In this document: positions 52,460-62,009 of the stretch, one piece after another
How the letters are laid out: each line of letters opens with the position of its first letter
Numbering within the stretch: the first letter of the stretch is position 1
IMG/VR virus record: IMGVR_UViG_3300036831_000125
Span: 2,515-66,514 of that record
Strand: one strand, 5' to 3'
Origin: a virus
DNA: 64,000 bases
The notes under the pieces: generated by a model
What the model was told of the DNA's origin: nothing
What the model saw: only the letters and a program-made list of their open reading frames with translations
Database searches by the model: none
Made by a program: the position numbers and the translations under genes

Positions 52460-55189
52460 TTAGCGCTGGGCGGAGCTGGCACCAGAGCTGGCACCAGAGC
52501 CAGGAGGTTGCGGCGGTGGTTTGGCCGCAGCGACGGCGGTGGTGAGCAAGTGCTTGTGCATGTCGTGAGCGCGATCGGCGGCGCTGATTTGGGTCGTGGC
52601 TTCGAGTTTCATCGCTTCTTTGATGAGTTCGGCTTGCGCGTCGGAGATCGAGATGTTGCGCGCGTTGGCGTGATTGAGGAGCGCGATCTGGCGCTGGGTG
52701 TTGAGTTCGTGCAGGCGGATGGTGGCGTCGGCGAGGGTGCGGCGCTCTTCGGCGGCGACGCGAGCGGAGTCGAGCTGTTGGGCAGCGACGGCGATTTGCT
52801 GTTCGTTGGCGGTGGAACGCTGATCAGTGGATTGCGAGGCGGCGAGCTTTTCGCGATCGACCGCGGCGGCGATTTGCGCGACCTGGACGGCGGGTGCCGG
52901 CGGAGGTGGCGTCGCTGCTAGCTGTTCGAGTTCTTTTTCGGAATACATGAGATCGGCAGGATGGATGCGCTTGGAGCGCAGCATCATTTTCGCCCAGCGC
53001 TTCGGGTCGATGCCGTAGTTTGGATTGAGCACCATGTTGCCCATCTGCGCGATGGTTTGATCTTGGATGGCGCGTTCGACGAGGGCGGCAGAGCCGTGGG
53101 CTTCGATTTCGAACTCGCCTTTTTCTTCATCGGGCACGTCGGGGTCGAGCAGTAGCCACTCGTAATATTGGTGGATGAGCGGCTCGGTGACGTAATCGTC
53201 GAAGCCGTAACCGATGGCGCGGAGAAGTTGGTTCGCGTTGGTGTCTTGGAGTTGCGCGGCAGAGGCGGTGTCGGGGGTGGTTTCGCCGGACTGGCCCTCG
53301 GAGATGAGCGGGATCGAGGTCGATTCTTCGGCGAGCTGGAGCGCGTAGTTGACGACCTTCATGAGCGGGTCGGTGGTGTTCGGGAGTTGGAAGGTCGCGA
53401 AGGAGTCTTTGACGCCGTTGGGAGAGGCGGACGAACCGCGCTTAGCGTGCCAGACCTTGTTGGGCGTGATCGACCAACGACCGTCTTCAGGCTCGATCGA
53501 GGAGATGTCGACGACGACTTGCGGGCCGGCGGCGATGCCGGCGTTGTCGAGCATGGCGCGAGTTGCACCGTTGATGATCTTTTGCGGCGTTTGGATTTGT
53601 TCAGGGATCCCGACGCCAGCCCATGAGCCAGTGCGCCGCTGCCAAGGGACGATGTGATACGGGAATGAGCCCGAGTTGAGCGGGTTGATGGTGGCTTTGA
53701 CGGGCGTGTCGTCGATCATCGTGACGATCGCGTAGATCGGCGAGGGTGTGAGAGAGGAGGAAAAGGAGGAGTCGGCCGGCATGTGGGCGCCGTGGTCGAG
53801 GCCGGCGTTGGGCTCGGAGTTCGCGAGGGCGTTGAACGCGAGCATCTCTTCGCGGGTGAGCGAACCGTAAAAATACCAGACCTCGAAGCGGGTTTCCTTG
53901 GGCGGCGGATCGCCGGGGGAACGGTCGTAGTGGGTGGAGTCGGGCTTGGCTTTCGGGCCGATCGCGATGCAGTGCTCGATTTGAGATGAGATGTAGCCAG
54001 GGGCGGCTTTGAGCGCGAGGACTTGGCGCTCGGTCATGTAATCGCGCTCGAAGCAGTAGTCGCCGTCGTGGATGCACTCGCCGCAAGCAGGGTCGGGGAA
54101 GATGTCCCACGGGTTCACCCATTTGACCGCGGGCGAGACGCGCTGGATGAGTTGGATATCGACGCCGGAGTCGGATTTGCGAACCGCGATGGCCTTTTTG
54201 GCGCGCGGGAAGGGACCTTTGAGCACGCCCGTCCCGAGGCGCGCGGAGTCGAAGATGACCTTGCGGACTTCCGCGGTGTAGCGGGACGCGACCAGCCAAT
54301 CGTAGATGCGCTTTTCCGCGGCTTTGGCGGATTTGTGGGCGATCTCGATGCGTTCGTTGGCGAGGTCGGCGACGGTGAGGGGCTTGCGCGGGGTTTGGGG
54401 AGCGCTCGGGGGAGCTGCGCCGGGCTGAGCGCTAATAGGAGTTTGTCCGGGGTTTTGTGGAGCGCTCGAATTGGGCTGATTCGGCCCGATTTGACCCTGA
54501 ATCGAGGGGTTTTGGGGCTGATTCGGGAGATTCGAGGCGCTTTGGGGCTGATTCGGAGCGCTCGGAGCGTTCGCAGCACCACCAGCGCTCGGGAAGGGGA
54601 GGATTTGAGCGCTCGGGGAGGCGTTGGCGGCGTTGGCGGCATTTGCGGCCGCGATTTCATGCGGTGCCGCCGGCCGGGTCAGCGGCCAGTTGCCCATACC
54701 GTCGTGATGGACTTGAGAATGGTCTTCGAGGGCCTTCAGGACATGCGGCTCGGGCATTTCCTTGAGCGCGAAGGCTTTGTCGTCGACCGGGAGAAGGATT
54801 TCCGCGAGCTTGGCCGCGCCAGCATCGACATAGCGCGACGTCATGCGCACGAAGACGGTGGATTTGGTGCCTTCGACTTTGGCAACGCGGTCGGTGGTGA
54901 CGGGCCCGTCCATCGAAAGGGGCTTGGTCCATTTCGAGAGGCCATATTCGCCGCGGTTCGCGTCGTCGATGCCGAGATAAGCTTCCTCGGAGGCAAGCCA
55001 GCAAGATTCGATGATCGAAGAGGTGCGCGCGAGCTTGGCCTCGTCGCGTTTGGCGCAGAGCGTGACGGAGATGAGGGCCAGGGTGGACGGCGTGATGACG
55101 TGCGGCGCGATGAGTTCGCGGACCTCGTCGGGGAGAGCGTCGAGGTCGGCCTTGGTGGCGCGGGCAGAGGGTTTGGGCAGCTTAGCCAA
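52460..55189 (-). CDS. portal protein (P22-like) with low-complexity insertions
   Basis: LGTGVLKGP, V.PWD.FPDP, FPY...PW......W.G.G, R...DN....GPQ; helical C-terminal barrel; TTG start. Confidence 0.85.
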   Translation of the reverse strand: MAKLPKPSARATKADLDALPDEVRELIAPHVITPSTLALISVTLCAKRDEAKLARTSSIIESCWLASEEAYLGIDDANRGEYGLSKWTKPLSMDGPVTTDRVAKVEGTKSTVFVRMTSRYVDAGAAKLAEILLPVDDKAFALKEMPEPHVLKALEDHSQVHHDGMGNWPLTRPAAPHEIAAANAANAANASPSAQILPFPSAGGAANAPSAPNQPQSASNLPNQPQNPSIQGQIGPNQPNSSAPQNPGQTPISAQPGAAPPSAPQTPRKPLTVADLANERIEIAHKSAKAAEKRIYDWLVASRYTAEVRKVIFDSARLGTGVLKGPFPRAKKAIAVRKSDSGVDIQLIQRVSPAVKWVNPWDIFPDPACGECIHDGDYCFERDYMTERQVLALKAAPGYISSQIEHCIAIGPKAKPDSTHYDRSPGDPPPKETRFEVWYFYGSLTREEMLAFNALANSEPNAGLDHGAHMPADSSFSSSLTPSPIYAIVTMIDDTPVKATINPLNSGSFPYHIVPWQRRTGSWAGVGIPEQIQTPQKIINGATRAMLDNAGIAAGPQVVVDISSIEPEDGRWSITPNKVWHAKRGSSASPNGVKDSFATFQLPNTTDPLMKVVNYALQLAEESTSIPLISEGQSGETTPDTASAAQLQDTNANQLLRAIGYGFDDYVTEPLIHQYYEWLLLDPDVPDEEKGEFEIEAHGSAALVERAIQDQTIAQMGNMVLNPNYGIDPKRWAKMMLRSKRIHPADLMYSEKELEQLAATPPPPAPAVQVAQIAAAVDREKLAASQSTDQRSTANEQQIAVAAQQLDSARVAAEERRTLADATIRLHELNTQRQIALLNHANARNISISDAQAELIKEAMKLEATTQISAADRAHDMHKHLLTTAVAAAKPPPQPPGSGASSGASSAQR

Positions 55190-55217
55190 GGGAGAATCCT
55201 AGGAAAGCGGGAGGGGA

Positions 55218-55583
55218 TTAGCGGATGCCTACGGGGATGTGCAGCGGCGGATGAATCGGCGGCATCGGCGGCTTCGGCGGCGTAGCGTGAGTCATGTCGT
55301 CGAATTGCTCATGCACGCGGCCGACGACCAGAGGCCCGAAGGTTTTTGCGACGAGGGTTTCGATGAGGACGATTTCTTCGTGCGAGACCTCGACCTGGGA
55401 AGGGTTGATCTTCATCGCGAGTGTGAAGCGCTTGAGCTTTTCAGCGCCGGGGAGATTGGCTTCGTCGGAGAAATTCGCGAGGAGGGCTTCTTGGCAGGCG
55501 TCGCGGAGCGAGAAGGGCTTGTCGTCGCGCTTGAGCGGTGCGCCGCGGAGGTCGAGGAGGAGGCGGTCGAAGTCGATGAGCAT
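55218..55583 (-). CDS. conserved phage protein, possible fibre-assembly chaperone
   Basis: IDF...L.DL.G...L...C..AL...EK..R..LA..I...PL..GR. Confidence 0.6.
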   Translation of the reverse strand: MLIDFDRLLLDLRGAPLKRDDKPFSLRDACQEALLANFSDEANLPGAEKLKRFTLAMKINPSQVEVSHEEIVLIETLVAKTFGPLVVGRVHEQFDDMTHATPPKPPMPPIHPPLHIPVGIR

Positions 55584-55630
55584 TTTTGTGGGGTCTCGTG
55601 ATGTTCCACTAAAATCAACGGATGATTTAT

Positions 55631-55682
55631 GTGGCCGCGGGAAGGTTTAAGTGGCCGCGGGAAGGTTTAACGGGAAGGTTTA
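55631..55682. repeat. 20-bp tandem repeat GTGGCCGCGGGAAGGTTTAA x2 plus a partial copy
   Basis: Read directly; intergenic. Confidence 0.9.
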
Positions 55683-56228
55683 GGGTGCCAGGCGCGGCGC
55701 GATGATTTGATTTGCGAGATCGCGCAGGGCTTGGGTTTGAGCGGCGGTGTCGGCGTGTTCGGCTTTGGCAGCGGCGAGTTCATCGTGGATCTCGACGAGC
55801 GCGTCGGTGGCGGACTTGAGGGCGAGTTGCTTTTTCGCGAGCGCAGCGTCGGCGGCGGCGTGTTGGGCAGCGACGTCGTGCGCGGCCTCGGTTCTGGCGG
55901 CGTCGGCTTGGGCCTTGCCAGCGGCGATGATCGCGTTGGCCTCGGCTTGAGCTTTGTCGAGATCAGCGAAGACGCGAGCGGAGTGATCAGCCCAGGCAGT
56001 GGTGATGTCGGCGTGGGCTTTGGCGATGTCGGATTTCGCGGCGGCGACGGTTTTGACGAGGGCGTCGTGCTCGGTGGTGAGGGAAGCGAGCGCGGCGGTT
56101 TTGGTTGCGATAGAAGATTCGAGCTGCTGCGAGTTTTCGAACGCATCAGCAAGATCGACGAGCGCGCGGTACTGCTCAGCGAAGGCGCGGAGGCGCTCGA
56201 CGCCGTTCGAGATGCGAGGGTCGGCCAT
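55680..56228 (-). CDS. Ala-rich coiled-coil protein
   Basis: Long heptad pattern; TAATG coupling. Confidence 0.7.
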   Translation of the reverse strand: MADPRISNGVERLRAFAEQYRALVDLADAFENSQQLESSIATKTAALASLTTEHDALVKTVAAAKSDIAKAHADITTAWADHSARVFADLDKAQAEANAIIAAGKAQADAARTEAAHDVAAQHAAADAALAKKQLALKSATDALVEIHDELAAAKAEHADTAAQTQALRDLANQIIAPRLAP

Positions 56229-56608
56229 TATTGCCTCATCGGGTTCGAAAGATGGAAGAGCATGGTGATGGTGACGGATTGGCTGCCGTCGCCGCTGCTG
56301 GAAAGCGGTGCGTGAAAGAGGGCGTTTTCGAGGACAGCTTTCATGCCGGCAGCGGTGAAAGCGATGACGACGCTGTCAGGGCCGCGAAGGGAAACGAAGT
56401 TGGTCGCAGCGGGCTCGTTCGTGCCCTGGATCGCGATGGAAGTGCCGCCACTGAAAGTGCCGGAGACTTGGATCGAGCGATCAGAGTGTTTCGGAAAGGA
56501 AACCGCGTTGCAGGTGTCGCCGGAAGCAACCGGCGTCCATTGCACTTGATAGCAAGATTCGTCGCCGTTCGGAGAGACATCTTTGATGACGGGTTTAATC
56601 GCTGCCAT
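56228..56608 (-). CDS. beta-sandwich virion protein, possible head-spike base
   Basis: D.SIQVSGTF.G....IQG.N pattern. Confidence 0.55.
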   Translation of the reverse strand: MAAIKPVIKDVSPNGDESCYQVQWTPVASGDTCNAVSFPKHSDRSIQVSGTFSGGTSIAIQGTNEPAATNFVSLRGPDSVVIAFTAAGMKAVLENALFHAPLSSSGDGSQSVTITMLFHLSNPMRQ

Positions 56609-56618
56609 GGTGGTTAGC

Positions 56619-56891
56619 TCATCTCCGGTGGTGATGGCGCGCGAACATGATGTAATCCTCGCCGCTGCCTGATGGTGGACCGCTGCCGCCCGAGCCGGTG
56701 GATTGCCAGAGGATCAGGGAAGACAGCCCGTCGTAGAAATATTGGTTGTGGTAGAGGCGCTTATGTGTGGTAGCGGGCGGCGGCGGGGTGCCGCCTGTGC
56801 CGGTGGAAGGTGGGCGCGTGGCGTAGGCGACATCGTCGCCGCGGAACGACCATTGAGGGTAGCGACGACCGCCGACGACGTATGAAGGCAT
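56619..56891 (-). CDS. hypothetical protein
   Basis: GAGG SD. Confidence 0.55.
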   Translation of the reverse strand: MPSYVVGGRRYPQWSFRGDDVAYATRPPSTGTGGTPPPPATTHKRLYHNQYFYDGLSSLILWQSTGSGGSGPPSGSGEDYIMFARHHHRR

Positions 56892-56939
56892 GGTTCGGTA
56901 ATGAACCTCACGCGACGGGGGCTTAGGTAGGGGATCTTC

Positions 56940-56977
56940 GAAGTTATGAAGTTATGAAGTTATGAAGTTATGAAGTT
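56940..56977. repeat. 8-bp tandem repeat (GAAGTTAT) x4 plus GAAGTT
   Basis: Read directly; intergenic. Confidence 0.9.
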
Positions 56978-57027
56978 GAGGCCGAGTCACCCAAACAGCT
57001 TGAAAAACCTTACACATGATCGTCCGT

Positions 57028-58209
57028 CTACGGACTAGTTTTCAGAGTCACGAACGTGTCGTCGCTGCCGGTGGCGGTGGCTCGAAGAGTGATCACGTTG
57101 CCATTCAAGTCGCCCGCGCCGAAGTCGACTTCATAAATGCCGACTCCGATTTCTGTGACATTGGCAAGGGTGCCAGCGCCAAAGGCCCCACCATCGATTG
57201 AGCGCGTGCAAGTGACGGTTTTGCCTGTGACCGGATTGTGGTTGGTGGAGTCGGTCATGAGGAATTCGAAATTAGTCAGGGCGACGTTTTTGCGAATGCC
57301 GGGGCGGAGTGTCGAGGACATTGAAAGGACGTTGGCGTCGACTTGATTGGCGACCGTGAAGGTCAGCCCGGAGGTTGAAGCGACGATAAGATCGGTTTCG
57401 CCTTCGACCTCGGCGATGTCGGCGGCGATCGTGCCATTGGCAGGTGAGCCGAGGCGGGCGTAGGCGTCGCCGGTCTGCGGCGTGTTGCCGGTGTAGGTGG
57501 TCAGGGTCGCGAGGGTGCCGGTGATGTTGCCGGTGATGTTGGCGCGGAGATCGACGCCACCCGTTCCGGCCACCGCTTTGATGCCATCGGAAGTGCCAGC
57601 ATTTCCTCCGGTAGAAAGAATGCCGTGCTTGCTAGAGCCCGTTGCCGCAATGTTTGCACCGTGCCCGGCGGTCGTCGTGACATTGATGCCATCTCCTGAG
57701 GTGCCGCCGCCGATGATGGTGAGGCCGTTGCCAGTTGCGCCGCCGGTAATGGAGACGCCCGCGCCAGAACCGTTGCCTGCGATGGCAAGGCCGGCGGTGT
57801 TGGCCCCGGATTGGTTGATGATGACGCCGGCTGCGAAGGTGACGGCTGCGTTCGAGCCGCAGATGACGAGGCCGTTGGCTGCGCCTGCAACGGCGTTCGG
57901 GATGGCAGTGAGGCCGAAATGCACGCCGTCAGTCGGGTCGGCGGCGGTCGCGAGAACATTGATGGTGACAGGGATCGCGCCTGTGCCGGTGAAGTTATAG
58001 CCGATGTCATTGCCGTTGGTGTCGGCTTGAGTGAGCGCGACCTTGTACCAGCCGTTGGTGGAATCTTCGGTGATGGTCGCGCCGCCGGCTGCGAAGGTGC
58101 CATCGAGGCAACGCCGCATCGTCCAGGTGACGCCGGATTTGATGCCGCCAGTTGTAGCATCGACGCCTTGGATATGGATGAATTGACCAGCGACGTTCTT
58201 GCGCAGCAT
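57028..58209 (-). CDS. virion surface/fibre protein: two homologous RKNVA-initiated beta domains around a Gly-rich repeat core
   Basis: RKNVA...D.T...G.T.T..R..DG.F.AG....TE...G.Y.V.....D.NGN.I occurs at both ends. Confidence 0.7.
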   Translation of the reverse strand: MLRKNVAGQFIHIQGVDATTGGIKSGVTWTMRRCLDGTFAAGGATITEDSTNGWYKVALTQADTNGNDIGYNFTGTGAIPVTINVLATAADPTDGVHFGLTAIPNAVAGAANGLVICGSNAAVTFAAGVIINQSGANTAGLAIAGNGSGAGVSITGGATGNGLTIIGGGTSGDGINVTTTAGHGANIAATGSSKHGILSTGGNAGTSDGIKAVAGTGGVDLRANITGNITGTLATLTTYTGNTPQTGDAYARLGSPANGTIAADIAEVEGETDLIVASTSGLTFTVANQVDANVLSMSSTLRPGIRKNVALTNFEFLMTDSTNHNPVTGKTVTCTRSIDGGAFGAGTLANVTEIGVGIYEVDFGAGDLNGNVITLRATATGSDDTFVTLKTSP

Positions 58210-58965
58210 TTACTGGAAAGCTCCGTCGAGGATTTTCGTGGCGTTCAGGCCCCAGGCGGGTTGAAAGCTGCCGCCGCCGGTTGAGGGCTTGAATGAAGCG
58301 ATGCATGCGGCGTGCAAGCCGTTGCCACCTGAACCGTACTGCCACACCGCGTTGATGCTGGCAGCGGTCGATTGCACTTGATAGGCGGAGAAGCCGCCAT
58401 AAGCGTTGCCGAGCGTGTTGATGTAAGCGCCGGCTGGTGCCGAGTAGCCGGTGGCTACGGAAGCGCCGGAGGAGTCATTCTCGGCGGCCCATGAAGTGAT
58501 GATGAGTTCGCCGTTGACGGTGGGGGTGATCGAGCCAGTGTTGATCGGGGCAGCGGCACCAGAGGCGTTGCCGGTTTCTACATCGAGGGTGTTGGCTGCG
58601 TTTAGCGACCCGGCCCAGGCCATGAATTCGCCAGTCGCGAACATGCCGCCGGCAGAGGTCGTGATCGTGACGTTGTGGTTTGCTCCGACGCTAGGGGCCT
58701 CGACATACCAGATCTGAGTCGCTGCCCCCTGGCCTTCGTTCTGGAGCGTGCCGTGCTTCCATTTGGCGGAGGTGTTGTAGGTGTCGGCGATAGTGAAGGT
58801 GTTGCCGTTGTTGGTGTAGGTGCCGTCCCACGAGAGGCAGAGGATGAGGAGATCAGCGCCGGTTGAATTGATGTTGCTGCCGCCGTTGGCGTTGGACGAG
58901 CCGGTGCCGCCGCCCGAGGGGGTTTGGAAAGTGGTGGATGCGACGGGCGATGCGCCGAAGGACAT
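58210..58965 (-). CDS. Gly/Ser/Thr/Asn-rich beta-sandwich virion surface protein
   Basis: Composition; coupled to 57028..58209. Confidence 0.65.
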   Translation of the reverse strand: MSFGASPVASTTFQTPSGGGTGSSNANGGSNINSTGADLLILCLSWDGTYTNNGNTFTIADTYNTSAKWKHGTLQNEGQGAATQIWYVEAPSVGANHNVTITTSAGGMFATGEFMAWAGSLNAANTLDVETGNASGAAAPINTGSITPTVNGELIITSWAAENDSSGASVATGYSAPAGAYINTLGNAYGGFSAYQVQSTAASINAVWQYGSGGNGLHAACIASFKPSTGGGSFQPAWGLNATKILDGAFQ

Positions 58966-58977
58966 GAGCGGAGCGGG

Positions 58978-59346
58978 TTAGTTCGCAAGGCCGAGGGTGG
59001 AAGCGGCTTCGTGAGTGAGGAGCGTGATCGGTGCGGTGGCAGCGCGCTGGGCGGTGAGCAAGCCAAGGAAGGCTTGCGAGCGGTTGATGAGCGCATCGAC
59101 CGCGTCGAGGAGTTCGGGGCTGTTCGAGGAGTCGAGCGTGACGAGTTCGCGCATGTTGGCGTCAGTGGCGGAGAGTTTGACGCCGCCAGAGGTGAGGATC
59201 TCGGCGATGTACCAGCCGCCGGCCGCAAGGAAAGTGAGCGCGCGCAAGCCGATGGCTTCGGGCCGCGGGATGGTTTGGATCGAGCCTTTGCCGGTTGGGT
59301 AGCGCTGGATGAAAGAGACGGTGATTTCGGGCGGTTTGGGATTCAT
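58978..59346 (-). CDS. hypothetical protein
   Basis: ATGA-coupled start MNPKPPEITV. Confidence 0.55.
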   Translation of the reverse strand: MNPKPPEITVSFIQRYPTGKGSIQTIPRPEAIGLRALTFLAAGGWYIAEILTSGGVKLSATDANMRELVTLDSSNSPELLDAVDALINRSQAFLGLLTAQRAATAPITLLTHEAASTLGLAN

Positions 59347-59417
59347 TTCGGGCGCTCTTTGCAAGCGAGGAAGGCGACGAAGGCGGTGATGATGAAGAGG
59401 CCGAGGACGATGTGCAT
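59343..59417 (-). CDS. 24-aa TM peptide (MHIVLGLFIITAFVAFLACKERPK)
   Basis: Translated by hand; coupled at both ends. Confidence 0.45.
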   Translation of the reverse strand: MHIVLGLFIITAFVAFLACKERPK

Positions 59418-59623
59418 CAGATGCAAGCAGCGGCAAGGGCGAGGAGAGTGATGAGGAGCATGAAGGCGAGAGCAGCGAAGCCGCAGGCGATGTGGAGCGG
59501 GAGTTCGGGAGCAGAGTCAGTGCTCTGCATGCTGGGCATGCTGGGCATGCTGGGCATGCTCTGCATGCTGGGCTCGGCCGCGTTCCGCGGCGTGACGGAT
59601 TCAAAGAGGCGCGCTTTGCTCAT
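59417..59623 (-). CDS. small membrane protein with (SMP/SMQ)n 9-bp repeats
   Basis: C-terminal TM; repeat at about 59523-59573. Confidence 0.5.
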   Translation of the reverse strand: MSKARLFESVTPRNAAEPSMQSMPSMPSMPSMQSTDSAPELPLHIACGFAALAFMLLITLLALAAACI

Positions 59624-59643
59624 GCGTCGGCGTCTCACTGCAG

Positions 59644-61053
59644 TTAGCCAAGCATGCCCATGCCAGGGATGCGGGTCTCGAACGGGCGGACGCGCGGCGG
59701 CGCACGGAGTTCGCGCTCGGTGACGTCAGGGAAGAGTTCAGTCAAGCCCCAGACGAGCGCGTCGACTCGGTCGGGCGAATAGCCGTCGCTGCGGTCGGCG
59801 GCGCGAGCGGGCGTGAAAGAAATCATTTGATCTTCGAGGCCAGGGAGGGTGCCGAGGTGGCGCACGCGGCCTTGTTCGTAAAGAGCGGAGATCGGCTCGG
59901 CGCGGATGTATTTGCCGCGGCTGGCGCGCACGAGTTTGACCGGGACATTGGCGTCGATGGACTGGATCGTCATGCGCACCATTTCGCCGCCTTGATTCGA
60001 TTCGGCGACGATCGTGTCTGCGGTGTAGCGGCGATAGGCGCTCACGGCTTTGCGCGCCCATTGATCTGGGCTGCCCGTATCAGACCAGTCGTCAAGTACG
60101 AATGCGGTGCCGGATTCGGAAAGACCTGCAACGATGATCCCTGCTTCATTCGAGCCGTCATTGTTCGTGATGCTGGGGTCGACGGCGACGACGATGCGAA
60201 TAAAGGTGGGCAGTGGGCCGTGGCGGGAAGCGTCGAAGCGTTCGGCGTCGAGCGAACGACGCGACCAGAGTGCGCCAGGGACGTCGGAGAGGATTTCGGC
60301 TTCGATTTCTTGGCGCCCAATGCGAGAGCCTTTGTAGCGAGCGAGGGTTTCGTCAAACCATTTCGGGTCGAGATTGGCGCGGTTCTCGAAGGACGATCCG
60401 ACGACGACACGAGTGCGCGGGTTGGCTTCGATGGTCTTGAGGATTTCCAAAGGTCGAGGAGTCGTTGTGATAAGGCGGCGAGGTTGGTCGCCGGAGGGTT
60501 CGCGCATGCCGAAGTTGAGATTATCCCAGACCTCTTCGGGATGTTTGTATTTTGCGAACTCATCGAGCCAGGCAGTGTCGCCAGAGAAACCGCGAAGCTG
60601 ATCGGGCTCTTCGTCGGTGTAGATGGTCGCCCAGGAGTCGTTCGGCCAGGTGACGCGACGCTTTGAGGGCTCATAATGCGGCATTTGTTTCGGGAGGCAG
60701 TTCTTGAGCAAGCCGCCCGGGCCTTCAATCATGTAGTCGCGTGCGTCGGCAGAGTTGCGAGCGATGAGCGCCATCCAGCGCTTCGGGTGGGCGAGCGCTC
60801 GTTCATGCACCCAGCCGGAACCGCTGCGGGTCTTGCCGAAACCGCGGCCGGCGCGAATCACCCAGACGTCCCAATCACCCGTCGGCGGGAGTTGTTTCGG
60901 GCGGGCCCAGAAGCGCCAATCGTGCAGGAGATCCTTCTGCTGCTCCTGACTCAGGCTGTTGAGGATCTGCAGCTGCTCGCTCGCGGGCTTCGATGCTAAT
61001 GAGGCGGCGAGCGATTTCGTCTCGGGCGCTGTGTTCGTGTTCGATCTTGCCAT
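59644..61053 (-). CDS. terL: terminase large subunit
   Basis: RAGRGFGKTR Walker A, AWLDE Walker B, TTTP, VAVDP, ESNQGG, SPDRVDALVW. Confidence 0.95.
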   Translation of the reverse strand: MARSNTNTAPETKSLAASLASKPASEQLQILNSLSQEQQKDLLHDWRFWARPKQLPPTGDWDVWVIRAGRGFGKTRSGSGWVHERALAHPKRWMALIARNSADARDYMIEGPGGLLKNCLPKQMPHYEPSKRRVTWPNDSWATIYTDEEPDQLRGFSGDTAWLDEFAKYKHPEEVWDNLNFGMREPSGDQPRRLITTTPRPLEILKTIEANPRTRVVVGSSFENRANLDPKWFDETLARYKGSRIGRQEIEAEILSDVPGALWSRRSLDAERFDASRHGPLPTFIRIVVAVDPSITNNDGSNEAGIIVAGLSESGTAFVLDDWSDTGSPDQWARKAVSAYRRYTADTIVAESNQGGEMVRMTIQSIDANVPVKLVRASRGKYIRAEPISALYEQGRVRHLGTLPGLEDQMISFTPARAADRSDGYSPDRVDALVWGLTELFPDVTERELRAPPRVRPFETRIPGMGMLG

Positions 61054-61645
61054 CGTGGATTTGGTGAGATTGCTCGCGCCAGAGTTCGGGGCGACGGTTC
61101 TTGAGCCAGAAGATACAAGCGTTGATATCGGGTGGGAGGTGTTCGGTGTAAGCGACGCGCTCGACGGCTTTATTGACGACGAGGATCTTTTCGGCCTCGA
61201 AGGTGTAGCCGTTGGCGCGGTGGTAGAGAGAGCGCTCGACGCGATCGTCGGCTTCGGTTTTGCCGACCTTTAGGGCTTCGGCGAACTCGGGGTGGGCGAC
61301 GGCCCATTTGCGGATGGTGACGAGGTGGACCTCGAAAAAGGCGGCGATGTCGGAGTCGGTGGCACCGAGGCGCGCCATTTCGCGGGCTTGCACCGGGAAG
61401 GTGGCGCGGTATTTCGAAGGGCCAGGGCCGTGATGCGCGTCGGCGTAGGATTCAATGTCACGCGCCGCGAGCTTTTCGGCCGCGGTCGGCTTGCGGTTGG
61501 GCGTGACCTCGCGCCGGCCGGAGGATTTGGCAGCGGCTTTGGCGGAGGATTTAGCCGCGCTGCGCGCTCGGCGTTTGGCGTTGAGCGCAGCGGCGGCTTT
61601 GGCTTTGGCTTTGAGCTGGACTTTGGTGAGTTTAGATGCGGGCAT
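60875..61645 (-). CDS. terS: terminase small subunit with Lys/Ala-rich N-terminal extension
   Basis: LGATD.DIA.FF.V...TI..W...HPEF..ALK.GK..AD..V..SLY.RA.GY...PPD..A.IFWLKNR.P..WR. Confidence 0.9.
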   Translation of the reverse strand: MPASKLTKVQLKAKAKAAAALNAKRRARSAAKSSAKAAAKSSGRREVTPNRKPTAAEKLAARDIESYADAHHGPGPSKYRATFPVQAREMARLGATDSDIAAFFEVHLVTIRKWAVAHPEFAEALKVGKTEADDRVERSLYHRANGYTFEAEKILVVNKAVERVAYTEHLPPDINACIFWLKNRRPELWREQSHQIHDGKIEHEHSARDEIARRLISIEARERAAADPQQPESGAAEGSPARLALLGPPETTPADG

Positions 61646-61674
61646 GGCGGCGGAGCGAGGCTTTGGGATCTGAT

Positions 61675-61917
61675 TCAGAGCTTGCTGTTGATGATGCCAG
61701 ACGGTGCTGTGATCTTCGGCGAGCGCAGCTTCATGGCCTTGCCCGAGGCAGCGCCGGCAGAGGCCGATGCTGTGCCGGTCACGGCTTCTTTGCGGGTTTT
61801 GACGCCTTCCGATGCCATGGTCGCAGCGGTGGCGCGGGGAATGCCGGAGCGCTTGGCGATGGCAGGATTGTGCGCGATGGCTTCGAAGAAGCGATGTTGT
61901 TTTGGGGACCAGGGCAA
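61675..61917 (-). CDS. conserved small phage protein (MPWSPKQHRFFEAIAHNP)
   Basis: GGAG SD with TTG start; ends GIINSKL. Confidence 0.7.
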   Translation of the reverse strand: MPWSPKQHRFFEAIAHNPAIAKRSGIPRATAATMASEGVKTRKEAVTGTASASAGAASGKAMKLRSPKITAPSGIINSKL

Positions 61918-62009
61918 GGCGAAATCTCCATTCGATCTCGGCTCGGCTCAGCTCACTCGCTCGGCCCTTCGGGCCTCGCTCGTTCAAGCTTCGCCTCGCC
62001 TATGCTGAA

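Noticed and set aside
61646-61987. N-terminal part of the 370-aa ORF-track terS
   Set aside because: Overlaps the better-supported gene 61675-61917 in another frame; plausible terS start is 61645
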